A DNA stretch of 64,000 nucleotides, taken from the NCBI GenBank assembly GCA_030264375.1, contig JASCQW010000122.1, positions 27,859,642 to 27,923,641 of the forward strand. The letters run 5' to 3'. Position 1 is the first letter of the stretch, and every line of letters begins with the position of its first letter. Positions 25,540 through 39,129 of the stretch are shown here, one piece after another. The notes beneath the pieces were generated by a model. The model worked only from the letters and a program-made list of their open reading frames with translations, searched no databases and was not told the DNA's origin. The translations under genes were made by a program, and so were the position numbers. The DNA is from Carcharhinus longimanus (taxonomy: Eukaryota).

Positions 25540-26365
25540 TTATTAATCTGCTTGTCTGATATCTAGACTTGGATGAGGTGCAATTTATTTGAGTTAAACG
25601 TTGAAAATATCAAAGCCATCACCTTTGGCACTCACCACAATCTCTGTACCTTTACCCATTTCCCTCTGCAACCATTATCTTCGTCTGCAACCAGCTGCTC
25701 ACGGTCCTGTGTGACCCAAGCCAACTCAGACTCCCATATCCTCTTCATTACAAAAATACCTAATTCCAGCTTGATAACATTGCTTAATTTCTACATCTGC
25801 CTCAGACTATTTACTGACAAAATTCACATCCATGCCTTTTTTACATCCAGACTCAAATGTTCTTTTGACTGGCCACCAGTAAGCTTCAGTCAATCAAAAC
25901 CTCTGGTGTTCGTATCCTAACCTGTTGCAAATCCTGTTCACCCAGCATACCTGTGCTCACTGATTTATTTTGCCTCTCAATTTCTAAAACTTCCAATTTG
26001 AAATTCTCATCTTTGTGTTCAAACCCTTTACGGTCTCACCTTTCCCATATACTGCAAGCCTTGGAATTATCTGAGAACTTAGCATAATTCCAACTATGGT
26101 CTCATGAATCTCTCATTTCCTTTGTCCCACTGTTAATCGCTGTGTCATCAAAAATTTAAGTCATAAGCTCCGGAATTGTCTCGCTAAAACTCTCAACCTT
26201 TCTTTTCTCTTTTAAGACTCTCTTTAAAACCCACATCTTTGATCCAACTTTAGCCACCCTTCTCAATATTTCCTTCTTTGGCTCAGTATGAATTTTTACT
26301 TGCCTATGCCTCTGCGAAGCAACTTGAAACATGTTTCATGCTGCTTTATAGATTATATTTATTGT
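25540..26365 (+). mobile_element. L2-clade LINE 3' portion
   Basis: CLSDI*TWMRCNLFELNVENIKAITFG...IHAFFTSRL, followed by an L2-type 3' end. Confidence 0.7.
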
Positions 26366-26504
26366 TACTTTGGATAAGTTGTTGCACTCAGGAATTCTGA
26401 GATTTTACCTAAATGTGGAATTCAAGTCCCTGTATAATTCCTTGCCCAGTAATGAACATTTCACATTTTTCAATTGGGTAAATCAAGAGTCTATAATATA
26501 GCTT

Positions 26505-26980
26505 CAGTTAAGCTATCCTGGGATGTCAGGTCTGCCATATGAGGAGAGATTATGTCAGTTAGGATTATATTCATTGGAGTTTAGAAGAGTAAGAGGTGAT
26601 CTCATAGAAACTTAGAGTAATAAGTTTTATAAGTTATAATTGGGTCAGACAGGATAGATTCAGAAAGAATGTTCTGAATGGTGGGGGAGTTCAGAACTAG
26701 TGGTCATAGTTTGATAAGAGGTAAACCTTTTCAAATTGAGGTGAAGAGAAATTTATTCATCCAGAGGGTGGTGAATGTGTGGAATTCACTACCACAAAAA
26801 GTAGTTGAGGCCAAACCATTGTATGATTTCAAGAGATTAGATATAACTCCTGGGGCTAAAGGGATCAAGGGAAATGGGGGAAGGGTTGATCAGGATATTG
26901 AATTTGATGATCAGCCACGATCATAATGAATGGTGGAGCTGGCTCGAAGGGCCAAATGGCCTACTCCTGCTTTGAGTTTC
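26505..26980 (+). mobile_element. CR1/HER1 LINE 3' end
   Basis: GMSGLPYEERLCQLGLYSLEFRRVRGDLIET...FIQRVVNVWNSLPQKVVEA, then the CTCGAAGGGCCAAATGGCCTACTCCTG tail. Confidence 0.9.
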
Positions 26981-27118
26981 CCTTTAGGGATGGAGAATTT
27001 TTTTGTATTTTTTGTATTTTGTATTTTTAAGTGAGGATGAACTGCTGAAATAAAACAGAGGTGTCCATTATTTGTCATCTGCACAAAATATCCCTCAGTC
27101 ATTTTTTCACATGTCTAC

Positions 27119-27369
27119 TGTAGAGTAAAGGATTAACACCAGAAACACCTGATACTGACATAACTACTGATGTAACTCCGATGATATGTCACATGAGACA
27201 AAAATCTGGTGTGGAGCAGAAGTATAACTTTGTGCAAAGTGCTGAAATATACATAGATCTGTGAATAAACAAGAATGCATTTTACGAATAACAGTCTATG
27301 ATCATGTTCTTAGGGCAACAGGCAGGCTGTAAAGAAATGCTTTCTAGACACCAAATCCAAGGCAAAATA
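27119..27369 (+). repeat. 5' LTR of the Gypsy element
   Basis: Starts TGTAGAG. Shares blocks (AGCAGAAGTATAA, AATAACAGTCTATGAT, TTCTTAGGG, TAAAGAAAT, TCTAGAC) with 31499-31754. Confidence 0.85.
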
Positions 27370-30300
27370 GGTGGTGGCTTCTGTCAACGTTTCATACACA
27401 CCAACCATAGCATGGTGCAGAGCATAAAGACCCAGACAAACAAAAAACAGAAGACTACAGACCACTAAGACTTAGAAATCCTTAGTAAAAGGGCAAGAGA
27501 AAAAAAAGCTTACAGGCTCAGCTCAGAATATAAGCAGACACACTGGTTTGGGGTCCAGACACCAGTGAATACAGATCACAATCTAAAAGCCACATCTTTA
27601 AAGAAACAACAGATTTAGAGCTTAGGGTAAGCATGAAATTGACATTGCCATCTGGGAGTGGCAATCTGTACCTGCTCGCAACAGGCCCAACACTGGGGAA
27701 ATTGGAAGCAAGGATTCTCCTGATACGGACCAGGTTTGCACAAGAGGGATCAGATCAGTACTTTATAGAGTAGGAGCCATTAGCAGATGATATTGCAAGA
27801 CAAGGCATCAATGAGGCTTTGTGCTCAGATGAAGAAGTCCTCCAGCATTCTATTCATTTTGCAGTGTTCAAGAAAATTTCATCATTGAGCAAATGAAATT
27901 TAGTAAGAAGAGGCAAAAAAAAAAGGTGAATGCTTAGACTCATTTATAAATGACCCATTCAGACTGGCAGAGATTGCAGCTATTTGATTTGCAGAGATTA
28001 CTTCATATATGACCGTATACTGGTTAGGGTGTTGAACAAAGTGCTTTCAGACCTTTTACAGATGAGAGAAGATTTAACTCCCACAAAGACAGTGCAAACA
28101 GTGTGATATACTGAGTTTAAGAAGCAAAACAGAACTGTTGTCCATGGGAAAAGTGGTGACTCTTGGATAGCAATGGGGAAAGCCATTCAACATGTGAGAC
28201 AAAAAGAAGAGTGCAGTGAAGCAAAAGCCTGCAAAATTGGGAAAAGGCAAGACAAGGTAACACCATTTTGAGATACTATAAGTGTGGCAGGAAAACCCCA
28301 CAGATGCAGGAAGATTCCCCAGCAGGAGCAGCTGTGGGCAGTTAGAGCATTTTAAAATAGTCTGCAGTTCCAAAATTCCTCTGGCTAATAGGGAAAAAAA
28401 AAGATAACAAAACCAAATCAAATCCAAAAAGTAGAACAGCCACAAGAAAAAAAACCTCCTTAAGAGCAGTTATGGAAACAGAAAATAATTATTGGAGCAT
28501 TAAATTAGACTTTGTCACTCCACTGAATTTAAGCTAGACAATGGCACAGGTGTTTCAGTGTTATCTGATGAAGTTAAATGGGTTTAAAATATCTTATTAC
28601 AGCCATTTTGCATCCATTTGCAAGGTCCAGGAGGGACAACACTAAAAGTAATGGGCCAGCACTTGACAAGATCAAGATGTAAGCATAAAGAAATTGTGGA
28701 CACCTGTAGATGATTAAGAACTAGGAGTCATCATTATTGAGCAGAAAAGTATGTTTGCATCTGAGGCTCATTTATAAGGTTGATGAAATTACTGATTGAT
28801 GAAGTATTCAGAAATGAATTTCCATCCCTATTTTCAGGTTTAAGAAAACTGAATATTCCGTATATCTGAGGGCATATGTCCCTTTTCAGTGAGGAATATC
28901 CCTACTCACTCTTAGGCAAGACTGAACACATGTCAAGAGAATCATTTCTCTGGCAGCCATACTGACAAAGTAGTGTTCTGGAATGGTCATAGTACCAGTG
29001 TCTCATGGTTCAATTATAAACTGTGTGGACTTGACTCAATTAAACAAGTCAGTAGAGAACAAGTTCCACTCAATTGCATCAGTGGATGAAAGTAAGACAA
29101 ATTAGCAAAAAGCATCCTCTTCACAAAATTAGATGTGAACAATGGCTTTTGGCAGTTGCCTTTGGACTGAGTCCTGATTATTAACTAATTCATCACCTTG
29201 CTTGGTCATTTTTGTTTTAACAGGTTACCATCAGAATGACTTCTGCACCTTAGATATTCCAAAGAATGATATTTTGGACCCTGGAAGGAATAATATTCCG
29301 TCTGGATGACATTCTTGTTGTACATGGCTCATTGAGGGAAGAACACAACTGCTAAGTGACAGCAGTCCTCAAAATCCCACAAGAAATAGATTTAACATTG
29401 AACAACAAATGTGAATTTGCAAAACCTATGATACAAATCTGAGGTCACGTTGTGCAAGCTCACATTGTGCAAACTTTGAAAATTGCAGCTGGGCCACAGA
29501 AAACCAAGGTCAGTAGAAAGTTCCCACAGTCTAAAAATATCACAGAATTGCAAAAATTCTTTGGAAAGGTCAATTAAAAAGGCAAATTCCTACCAAACTC
29601 AGCAATATTCAGTGGGCTATTAAACCAACTGTTGAGACAAGGTCAACAGTAGTGCTGAAGTGTGGACTAACAAAATTATTTTATCAAGATCCAAAATCTC
29701 TGAATTTCACTAGAAATTCTAACACATTACTATCTAGGGTTGCCAACAATTATAGCAATGAACACATCAGCTACAAAGTGCTGTTTCAAGTTCAGAAAGA
29801 TGGACAAAGAATGCTAGTTTATCATGCCTCAAGGCCTCTCATGGACACAACAGTTATGCAGCCAATGAGAAAGAAGCAACAGTAGCTACAAATCGTGCGA
29901 GAACTTCTCTAATTATGTCATGGGATTAAGGTCTAAAATTGAAATAGACAGTAAATCTTTGGCTACTCTTAACCTAAAGAAAGTTGCAAAAATGCTGCCT
30001 AGAATTCTTGAGACTTGTGAGATACTGCATACATTCAAGGAAAGTACCACATGACAGTGTTTGCATTATCCAGTGGAAGGAATCAAGCTCGAAGATTTAA
30101 ATTTTATTGAAGAAGTGGAAGCATATACTTTATTCAATACCAGCCACTGAAAAGAGATTATAAGAAACTAAGCAAACAGAACAGCAGGTTGACAAATGCA
30201 TCAACATAAAAATATATAGCTAGAATAGATGGGGGAGAGTCTACTTCTAACAACCCATTGCATCATCAATACTTTGAACAAAGAAAACATCTCACAATCA

Positions 30301-31498
30301 TTGATGATTTCTTATTTTAATGACAGACTATTAATTCCTAAAACACTTAAATTGACATTCTCGAGAAAATCCATCAAGGTCAGTTGCGAATATCAAAATG
30401 CTGAGCAAGAATGCAGCAGTCAGTCTGGTGATCAGGGATCAGTCACTTTGTGGAAGAGTTAATTATCAATTGCCTTTCATGTGCGGTGAATAACCAATGG
30501 CAGAGCAAACCACTAGCACTTTCCATGTTTCCTTCCAGGCCATAGCAATGCCTGGAAATGCCTTATTTGAGTTTAAAGGCAAAGTTTCCATCATCATCAT
30601 TGACTAAGTCTCCAGATATTTTGGACTGCATCACATTAAAGCGGAAGCAGTCATTACGTTACTAAGTCAAACCTTTGTGACACATGGCGTCCCGATGTTG
30701 CGATGTCAGACAACAGAGCTCAGTTTGTTAATGAGCTGTTTAACAACCTTGCCCAGCAATATGGTTTTACACACATGACTGGTTCACCCAGATATCCTCA
30801 GAAAAGGGGAATCAGAAAGTGGAGTTTGTACAATCAAGAATTTATTAAAAAAAAGCAGAGATATTAACTTGGCCCTACTGAACTACAGAACCTCACCACT
30901 AAAAAAAACAGGTATTCACAAATTATTGATTGGAAGGCAGCTGCGAACGCAACTTCCAGCTCTACAAAAAACACTGCAACCTAACATTCACATCAGACAA
31001 TCATGGGCAAGTTAGGAAGTGTGAGGAGCAGCAAAGAGAAAGTCAAACTCATAATTTCAACTTCACACACTGAGCATGAGACTGCTAAAACCCAGGAAAA
31101 GAGTGTTGATTTGAGATCTACAGAAAGAAGACATAGTAATCAATATAGCTCCATAATCGAGATCTTACAAAATTGACATGGTTCAGGGAAATATCAGAAG
31201 GAACCAAACAGCCTTTATATTATTGGAAGGAAACCAATGGAACCTTAAAAATGCTATTTAGATCTGGATGGAGAGGAAGAATAAGAAATATATGGATAAA
31301 TAGAAACACTGCAACCATCCAGGTGAAAGACACTCCTATTGTCCAATGTGGGAGTGCAGTTTGTCCTCAACCTCAAAATGGAATCAGGACCAGATCTGGG
31401 AGATTGTCAAGCCATCACAGAGACTAACCCTGTAAAATCTGAGACTTTGGAGGTAGAAGTAACAGTATGTAGATAGTTAGGATAAAACTTGGGGTAAA

Positions 31499-31754
31499 TG
31501 TAGAGAATTAACATCAGGAGCATCTAATACTGATGTAACTATCAATGTACTGTGAGACATGAGTGTCTCACATGACTAAGAGACAGAGCTGGTGGGAAGC
31601 AGAAGTATAAACTTGTGTAGAATATTGATACACATACACAGATTTGAAAATAAATAAGTATGGTTATTACAAATAACAGTCTATGATAGCATTCTTAGGG
31701 TAACAGGCAAACCCTAAAGAAATCTTATCTAGACCTCCAACCCAAGTCAAAACA
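31499..31754 (+). repeat. 3' LTR of the Gypsy element
   Basis: TG...CA termini, preceded by a purine-rich GGGGTAAA. Contains AATAAA and a 9-bp hairpin TGTGAGACA/TGTCTCACA (31551-31572). Confidence 0.85.
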
Positions 31755-31810
31755 TTCACTGATCTAAAATATATGTGCATCCATAATTTTAGTCATCTGC
31801 ATCCATGATA

Positions 31811-32133
31811 GGCGGCATGGTGACACAATAGTTAGCATTGCCACTTCACAGTGCCAGGGACCCGGGTTCAATTCTGGCCTTGGATGACTGTCTGTGTGGA
31901 GTTTGCACGTTCTTTCCACGTCTGTGGGTGTTTACCCCAAGTGCACCGCTTTCCTCCCATAGACTAAACTTGTGCAGGTTACGTTGCTAGGATGTGCTAC
32001 ATTGCTCCTTGATGTCAGGGAGATTAGAACGGTAAATACATGGGGTTGAAGGGATAGGGTCCCGCTGGGATTGTTGTCGGTGCAGGCTCAATGGGCTGAA
32101 TGGCCTCCTTCTACAATGTAGGGATTCTATGAT
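31811..32133 (+). mobile_element. HE1-type V-SINE (tRNA-derived)
   Basis: A-box-like TGGTGACACAATAGTTAGC, B-box GGTTCAATTC, V-domain GTCTGTGTGGAGTTTGCACGTTCT, and a CR1-like tail GGATTCTATGA. Confidence 0.9.
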
Positions 32134-34624
32134 GCATCGTTATCCAATTTTCTGTTTTTTTATCTTACATTTCACAGCAGAATAAAGTTTTTAATTTTTT
32201 TTGTATCTCTATGGATGCTGCTTGTTGATTCTCTCCTTGTGTTGATGGATTGGCAATCTCAAATCACCTCTAAATCACTGGATGATTGCTATTACTGAAT
32301 TTCCCACTAGGTCGTTTATGTAGTTTTTTTGTTCTATCATCTCCAGCTTCAGGTCCATTCTTTGGCTGCCAGACTCAAACCTTCCTGGCATCACACTTTG
32401 CTGTTTTGGCTTTCCACCTTTAAACTTCACCATTGCCTTCTGATTACAGCTGTGTTTACAGCTAACATCAGGCATGTGCATTCAGCTTTGGTACTCCCTT
32501 ACATTATCGCGAACACTGGAGTGGCCAGGACTAAAAACGGCACCACTAAATAATCACAGCAGTATTTTCTTTTTTGCACAATCCAAGTTTTGCGCAGAAC
32601 TGTTTAAATTTGTATCTAACTGCGAACTGAGATTCATGGTACTGTAGTTAGCAGCACTCATACACAAAGAAAGCTAATAGTCTTAGCAGAATTGCCTGGC
32701 TAGCTATCTTCTTATTAAATAAACTTTGTTAAAGCTAACGTCCATCATACTTGCATAAACTCATTCAGGATTCCAATGTTGAGAAATGAAGTCACTAATG
32801 AATAGATTCTACTGCGTTGAAATAAACTTTTGGGGATTCAATTACTGCAGAAATTGAAAAAGGGTTTCATAACTGTTATCAAATGTTCAACAAATGAGTT
32901 TTAATGTTTGCCAATCATTTTTTGCAATCTATGCATAGGCTGTGCTGAGATTCAGGCATTGCTTGTTTGCTGGGTAGCACTTCAATCCACTAAGCCATCA
33001 TCTGAGCACTATCATTAGGTCTGAAAAGATCAGTGCTAAAGGGAATAAGAAGGAACTATTCACAGATACTCATGAGTATACTGGCAGACTGATCACAAAA
33101 GAATGATGGTTGTTGGCATTCCATGCATGTGTGCCAAAAAATGCATGCCCAGAGCGACCATCTTGCATTGGCAGGAGTTACAGTGGCTTGGTCACATGTT
33201 TCACTGTTTATTGGCTCCTGAATACAATACTGTCATCACTGCCTTGATATTGGATTGAAGTCCCAATTCTGCTTGTAAACACCAAAGCAATGATAGCTCT
33301 GAAAAAAAAGTTGTAACTAGAAGCCGAGGGCAGGATCTTGTTGCAGTGTTGGGGACTTTACTGCTGGGTGGAGATCCGGAAAGAGATCCATGCCCTCTCT
33401 TTCCCAGAAGGCCTACTGAACCATAAGCCAATCAGGCAGTGCAAGGCCAATGGTGGGCCTTTCCCTGGAATCAAGCCTTTAGGAACAGAAATCTTACCTA
33501 TTAAGAGTTGTCGACTGATAGCTCTTGTGCTCAGCAGCACTGCTTGGGAGGCTGTCAATGTTGCCAAAAGGACAGGCACAAAAGTCTCAAGATTGAAGAA
33601 TGATCCAGACCACAGATATGTAATGGGGGGAGGGGGTGAACTTTGTTGGGTGGGGCTCATTGGGAAAGGGGTGATCAGCAGTTCTTAGGTCTCCCCCTTC
33701 CTGATGTCCAGTTTCTCAATCAGGCACTGCAGAAGNNNNNNNNNNNNNNNNNNNNNNNNNNNNNNNNNNNNNNNNNNNNNNNNNNNNNNNNNNNNNNNNN
33801 NNNNNNNNNNNNNNNNNNNNNNNNNNNNNNNNNNNGAAGGTGACAAGCTGACCGCACAATTTCAGCTGCCATAAACACCACATGGCAACAGGCCCATCTA
33901 CAGCTGGGTCAATGCCAGCAGTGGTGGGATGAGGCTCTTAAGTGGTCATTAAGGAATTGTTGGTGAGACAGAAAAGTCTACCATAGACCTTCGCTACCAG
34001 AGCTTAATTCTGGTAGAGGTGGGAAGGTATCATGGTTCAGGTAAGATACCATCACACCTAATTAAACACCCTTCTCATCACCAGGCTTGCCATTAGAGGG
34101 AGTTGAAAATTTCACCTCTCGAGTTGGTGACTATATGCTCAATGCATTATTGCTTCAGTATTAGTATAGGGGAATCATTAAATATTCACATTGTGAAGGG
34201 GTGTCCTCCATCTCCTGTTGCTTTCTAGCCCCTGGCTTCACCATTAACAGTTTCTCTCCTGATAGTGATTCTTTCTACCAGGTATTGTATGGTCTAAAAA
34301 GAGCCCTTACATGCTATGGCTGTGCTTCACTGGCCCTGGCATCTCTACTCGCTATTTCCTAGCTCCATCAGAACAACTAATGATGAAAAAAAATCTGCAG
34401 GCTGTGCACAGGTTTTTCTTAAATAGATACTTGTATTTCAAATCTTAAATCCATCAGTTCCTGACAAATCTGTGAAAACCCGAGTTCATTGAGCCATTGC
34501 ATTTATGCAAATTTTTAAGAATGAGAATTTTACCAGAAGTGGTATCTGCTGTGCTGACGTTGTTTTGATTGGTGCTGATTGTTTCTTCTGTTCCTTGTTC
34601 TTCTACTTTTGCTTTTTTTCATAG

Positions 34625-34709
34625 AAAAGCATTTCCATGATGCAGTGAACTCATTACTTGGATGGGTTACAAAATACATCTTTGGATCTAATTTGGTGTT
34701 AGATCCAAG
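34625..34709 (+). other. Candidate exon (open frame KHFHDAVNSLLGWVTKYIFGSNLVLDP)
   Basis: Long polypyrimidine tract ending CATAG; weak AAG|GTAGAT donor. Confidence 0.2.
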
Positions 34710-36599
34710 GTAGATTGAGTGTTAAAACTTCTGAAATAGGGTCAAGGTTTAAATTATAGGTTAAAAGTCTGGGTTTAGTATAAGGAGATGGGATTACAGC
34801 TCTGGTGTTGCAAGTAACCATTGAGCTGGTGGCTGAGGATTTAAAGATTTTGTTAGCATTGTCTTGACATCAATGTCTTAGTATCTTAATGTATAGGTCG
34901 ATTTAAAATAACTTGGATTAGATTAAATTGGATTGTACAGATATGCTTAAAGTTCTGGTCAACAAAAACACATTAATACCAATTAATAATTAGGATTAGT
35001 AGTTAATTTAGGACAATTATTAGGAAATTTTCAAGCGATCCCTAAAGTAAAACCCTGTCTGAAAGCTTTGTATTTTTTTCTGTGACAGCCTATTTAAAAA
35101 GTGTCTGTTGCCTTTTTCACTGATCTGAGTAATGCACACTCTTACCTGGATTAAATAGGGCCTGCAGTGATTGGAATCTCCTCTGCATGACACCGAGTAA
35201 ATAGGCAGTAAGCCTCACCTTAAGCCCCTCAGCTCTACAGATCAGCCTATAGTAACCGATACTCCTGTGACTGTTACAGAATCTTATTGTGTTACCTTTT
35301 AGAATTACCCTCTTCTTCCTGTTTGCATCATGGAATGTCAGTGAAACCCGCCCTGCTGTTTAAAACTTCTTTTTATGAAAAGCTGCCTGAAGAAAGCATT
35401 TGATTTCAATAATGCAATAGTGTTCATTGTAGAACTGACTTTCCAGTTAAACATATTGTCAAACCGTGACTGTGTTAACTGCTGCCTAGGTTTCTGCAAT
35501 ATATCCTAAGCCCGAACAGTTTAGTCTTGTGACCTTGTGCTCTTTTATATTATTATCTTGATTAACTCTGTCAGCAACTACTTCCTTACCTGTGCCCCAT
35601 TCCACAATAAAGCTATATAACAGATGTTTATAATGACCATTGTAAGCATTTTTATCTCTAGATAAAAAATGCAAATTGGGTTTAATATTAGATTAATGCA
35701 AATGAGAGATTTGAAATGCTATGACCTCTGCAAATTTCCAGAAAAAAAGAGTGATCCCATCATCGGTTATCAAATGCAGTTATCAAATAAGTTTCTCAGC
35801 AATTCACTATAATTTTAACAAAGCTATCATAGGTCAAAATCCTAAGATATTACAATACTGTCGTATTTATGTGGTAACCGATGGTAATAAGAAAAGCGGC
35901 ATAGATGTCTCAATGTGGTACAAATTTCAAGCTCCATTAACAGGGAATAGTATAGCTGTAACAATGATGCAGAGAGGTTTTGTTTTTTAACAGCACTAAA
36001 TGTGTTACAATATAAATCCAGAGATAAGGCCAGTAATGACTTTTAAGTTAAAGCAGACTGAAATTATTAGGATTTTATGACCTCGTTCATCCCAAAACCG
36101 TAAAATCCCCCCCAAGTTCAATGAACCNNNNNNNNNNNNNNNNNNNNNNNNNNNNNNNNNNNNNNNNNNNNNNNNNNNNNNNNNNNNNNNNNNNNNNNNN
36201 NNNNNNNNNNNNNNNNNNNNNNNNNNNTTATGACCTCGTTCATCCCAAAACCGTAAAATCCCCCCCAAGTTCAATGAACCTTCCCATAGTCTGCCCCTTG
36301 CCTGCTCCTATTCCTGTGGCGGGCAGTTGTGGGGGCAGGGGGAGGGGTGAATTCTGGCCATTATCCTGAATAAAATTGCAGACACTTCATTCCAGAGTCA
36401 GATTGGCCTCTGATTCTAATGTATATATAGTGTATTTTTTTATAAAGTTGGTTTGGAATAGTTGATACGTAGTGGATTTCAACACTGTTTCAGCATTGTG
36501 ACCAAAAGGATGCTGTGATTGTCAGTAACAGAAGCATGTAGAAGAGTCTGATGTTGTTGAATTGGGAATTTGGTTGTGTTCACTTGTATTGTAGTCAGA

Positions 36600-37590
36600 C
36601 AAACTGATCACAGACAACCTGTTTGGAAAGGGCATGTGTTGGTTGCATCTTCCGCTTTGCTCAGCTACTTGCCATAAAATTGGTGGTAAGGACTGTGCTC
36701 TCAAGATGGTGAAATTGTTCTTAGTACAATAGACCACAACAAATCACGACATAAGCTCTGTTGAGTATTGCAGGATTTCTCTAGCATAGTTCAGGCAGCA
36801 GAAATGTTTCTAAAGAACCCCAGTTATTTGCTCAATGACACTGTGTCACAGTTTGTCTCTTGTTATATGCATGCTGTTCACATGTGCTTGGTTGCACGCT
36901 TGCATCATAAGCCTATTGGCCAGCAGATAGCTCTTGTCATGCAACACCCACCCTCTGATTATACATGGTGTCCTTGCTGCTGATAGTAGAATTGACTGAT
37001 GCAGATTAAAGACATCATAACAGTTGCCAGGATATTAGGCATTCACCAACAGAATATGCTGAGCATGACCACACATCAACTGCATACACCAGGAGAAGAA
37101 CTTCTTTGGTTGCAGAATATCTCTGCATTTTTATGGGACACCCATAAGCATATGTGCAGTCAATTGGATCCGGCACAATTGGTGACCTATTACTCTTGCA
37201 AAGGCATTCACTTGCTTCATCTGCTTCTCTCTGACCAGATCCCCAATCCTGGCACACAAACTGTTGTGACCTCTCTTATACAACTGTAGAAGGCAAACTT
37301 TGAGGTGTTAGAGATGTCACTACTTAAACCTGAAAAGATCCCAATGCAAAGAAGTTAAAGACCAAGGTCACCATCATAACCATCGACAATGCCATCTTCA
37401 CTGTGCTCTGAGACTGCAAAATGCGCATGGAATATTTAGCACATCCTTTGCTAAATGGAGATGTTGTATACACTATCCGTCACTGAGATTAACGTAAGAA
37501 AATTGCTGATTGAACATTTTGCTCAGAACCCTCCTTCCCCCACAACTGAAACCCTTCCACCCTCCTTCATCCTTGAGCAGTTCCTCCTCT
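36600..37590 (-). pseudogene. Harbinger/HARBI1-like transposase fossil
   Basis: MALSMVMMVTLVFNFFALGSFQ...FYSCIREVT...PIDCTY...QLMCGHAQHILLVNA*YPGNCYD...QYSTELMS*FVVVYC. Confidence 0.8.
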
Positions 37591-37601
37591 TCTGGATTTA
37601 T

Positions 37602-37925
37602 AGGTGGCACAGTGGTTAGCACTGCTGCCTCACAGCACCAAGGACCCAGGTTCAATTCCGGCCTCAGATCACTGTATGTGTGGAGTTTGCACATTCTTCC
37701 CATCTCTGCATGGGTTTCCTCTAGGTGCTTTGGTTTCCTCCCACAGTCCAAAGATGCGCAGGGTTAGGTTGATTGGCCATGGTAAATTGCCCCTTAGTGT
37801 CAAGGGCACTAGCTAGAATAAATGCACGGGGTTATGGGGATAAGACCTGGGTGGATTGTGGTCGGTACAGAATCGATGGGCCAAATGGCCTCCTTCTGCA
37901 CTGTAGGATTCTATGATTCTATGAT
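37602..37925 (+). mobile_element. HE1-type V-SINE
   Basis: GGTGGCACAGTGGTTAGCACTGCTGCCTCACAGC head, GGTTCAATTCC B-box, V-domain and an (ATTCTATG)n tail. Confidence 0.92.
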
Positions 37926-39129
37926 TACTCCTGCTTTATTTCCCAGTTGTGATACAGGAGGCCAAGAGGATTGGTAGCTATAATGATCTGAGCCAAACTC
38001 TTGACATGAGAACCAAGGCCTTCAGCATGTACAACCCCGCACCCTTCATCAGCTTTAAAAATCACTAGGAAACTCACAGCAGTTCTGTAAATTCAGCTCC
38101 AGGTAGTAGAAATCAACTGATAAATAATCTGAAGTTTATTTGATAATCCCTTTAGTGGCACTTTACTGCTGTTGAATACAAGTTCACTTGCGCATGTTAA
38201 AGAGTGGACATCAGCTCGAGTGTTAAGGTTCAAAATGGCACTTCTGGCATCAAAGCAGCGTTACTCATTGACTGAAGTCACAATCTGCCCACTCTGCGTA
38301 TATCCAACGCTCACACCCTCATTAAAATGGCATCCAGCACAATCCACACTGGAAGTGATCATGCACATTTCAGAAAACATTTTACACTTGGAACAGCATC
38401 TGTAACATATTTAAATACCAGTGGACATGCTGTTTGTCCACTTGGAAATTGCATTAAGTGGACTTTGGGCATCCATGAGGCAACCAAAATCCCTATCTCC
38501 CCACCATTCCTCTCTGCTTAGATGTTAACTGTTGGCTGTCTGTTTTTCTGCAAAGGAATGGGTGACTACCATTTAAAAACATAATTTTGCACCTATATAG
38601 TGCCATTTTCTATGTCGTGTTATTAGCTCTCTGCTGTCAACGTAAGTGGTGGGTGACATCCAAGCAAATGTCATTTGTGATGGTAAGCGCTGCATAATAT
38701 TGTATGTGTATGTTTGGAGCTCCTGGTAATATTATACCTGGTAATCTCATCATCAAGCATACCTTTCTTTTCTCTTGTTCGATGATGCACCTGTTTTTTC
38801 TGGCAGTGTTCCTTGGCTGATAGGGGTCTCTGAATTTCATCCTTTCCAGTATAAAGGTGAGAATAAATCTGTCTTCCCACTGATACAATTGTGGTAATGA
38901 AGCAGACATTTCGGAAGTATTTTTGGCTTCACAAATGCCTTAAATTTGGAACTGAACCCAATAACAATTGAGGGGGGAGGGGGCTGAACTGGGTTACACA
39001 GGTGAATACATTTCTTAAACCACAAGGATGGCTGATGTCAAAAATAGAAATACCACCTTATAGCTGTTTTTGGAGTCAAAAATATTACTGGGCCAGAGGA
39101 AACCTAATTCTGTTATACATTTTGCCAGT

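Larger units (their letters stand above)
27119..31754 (+). mobile_element. Complete but decayed Ty3/Gypsy LTR retrotransposon
   Basis: Two LTRs. gag WKQxF..QISTL and zinc knuckle CGQLEHFKIVC; protease EFKLDNGTGVSVLS; RT CVDLTQLNK, FTKLDVNNGFWQLPL, FCFNRLP, RLDDILV; RNase H YAANEKEA; integrase KIHQGQLRISKC, MSDNRAQF, SPRYPQ; terminal TRSGR. Confidence 0.92.

Noticed and set aside
24842-25546. Longest ORF in the track (234 aa, plus strand)
   Set aside because: It is the antisense frame of a CR1 RT fragment, not a gene.
31811-31885. tRNA-like A/B boxes (also at 37602, 51060 and 56368)
   Set aside because: These are SINE heads followed by SINE bodies, not tRNA genes.
36076-36280. Exact ~52-bp direct repeat
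   Set aside because: The copies flank a 100-N gap, so this is probably an unmerged contig overlap. The same applies at 39977-40116.
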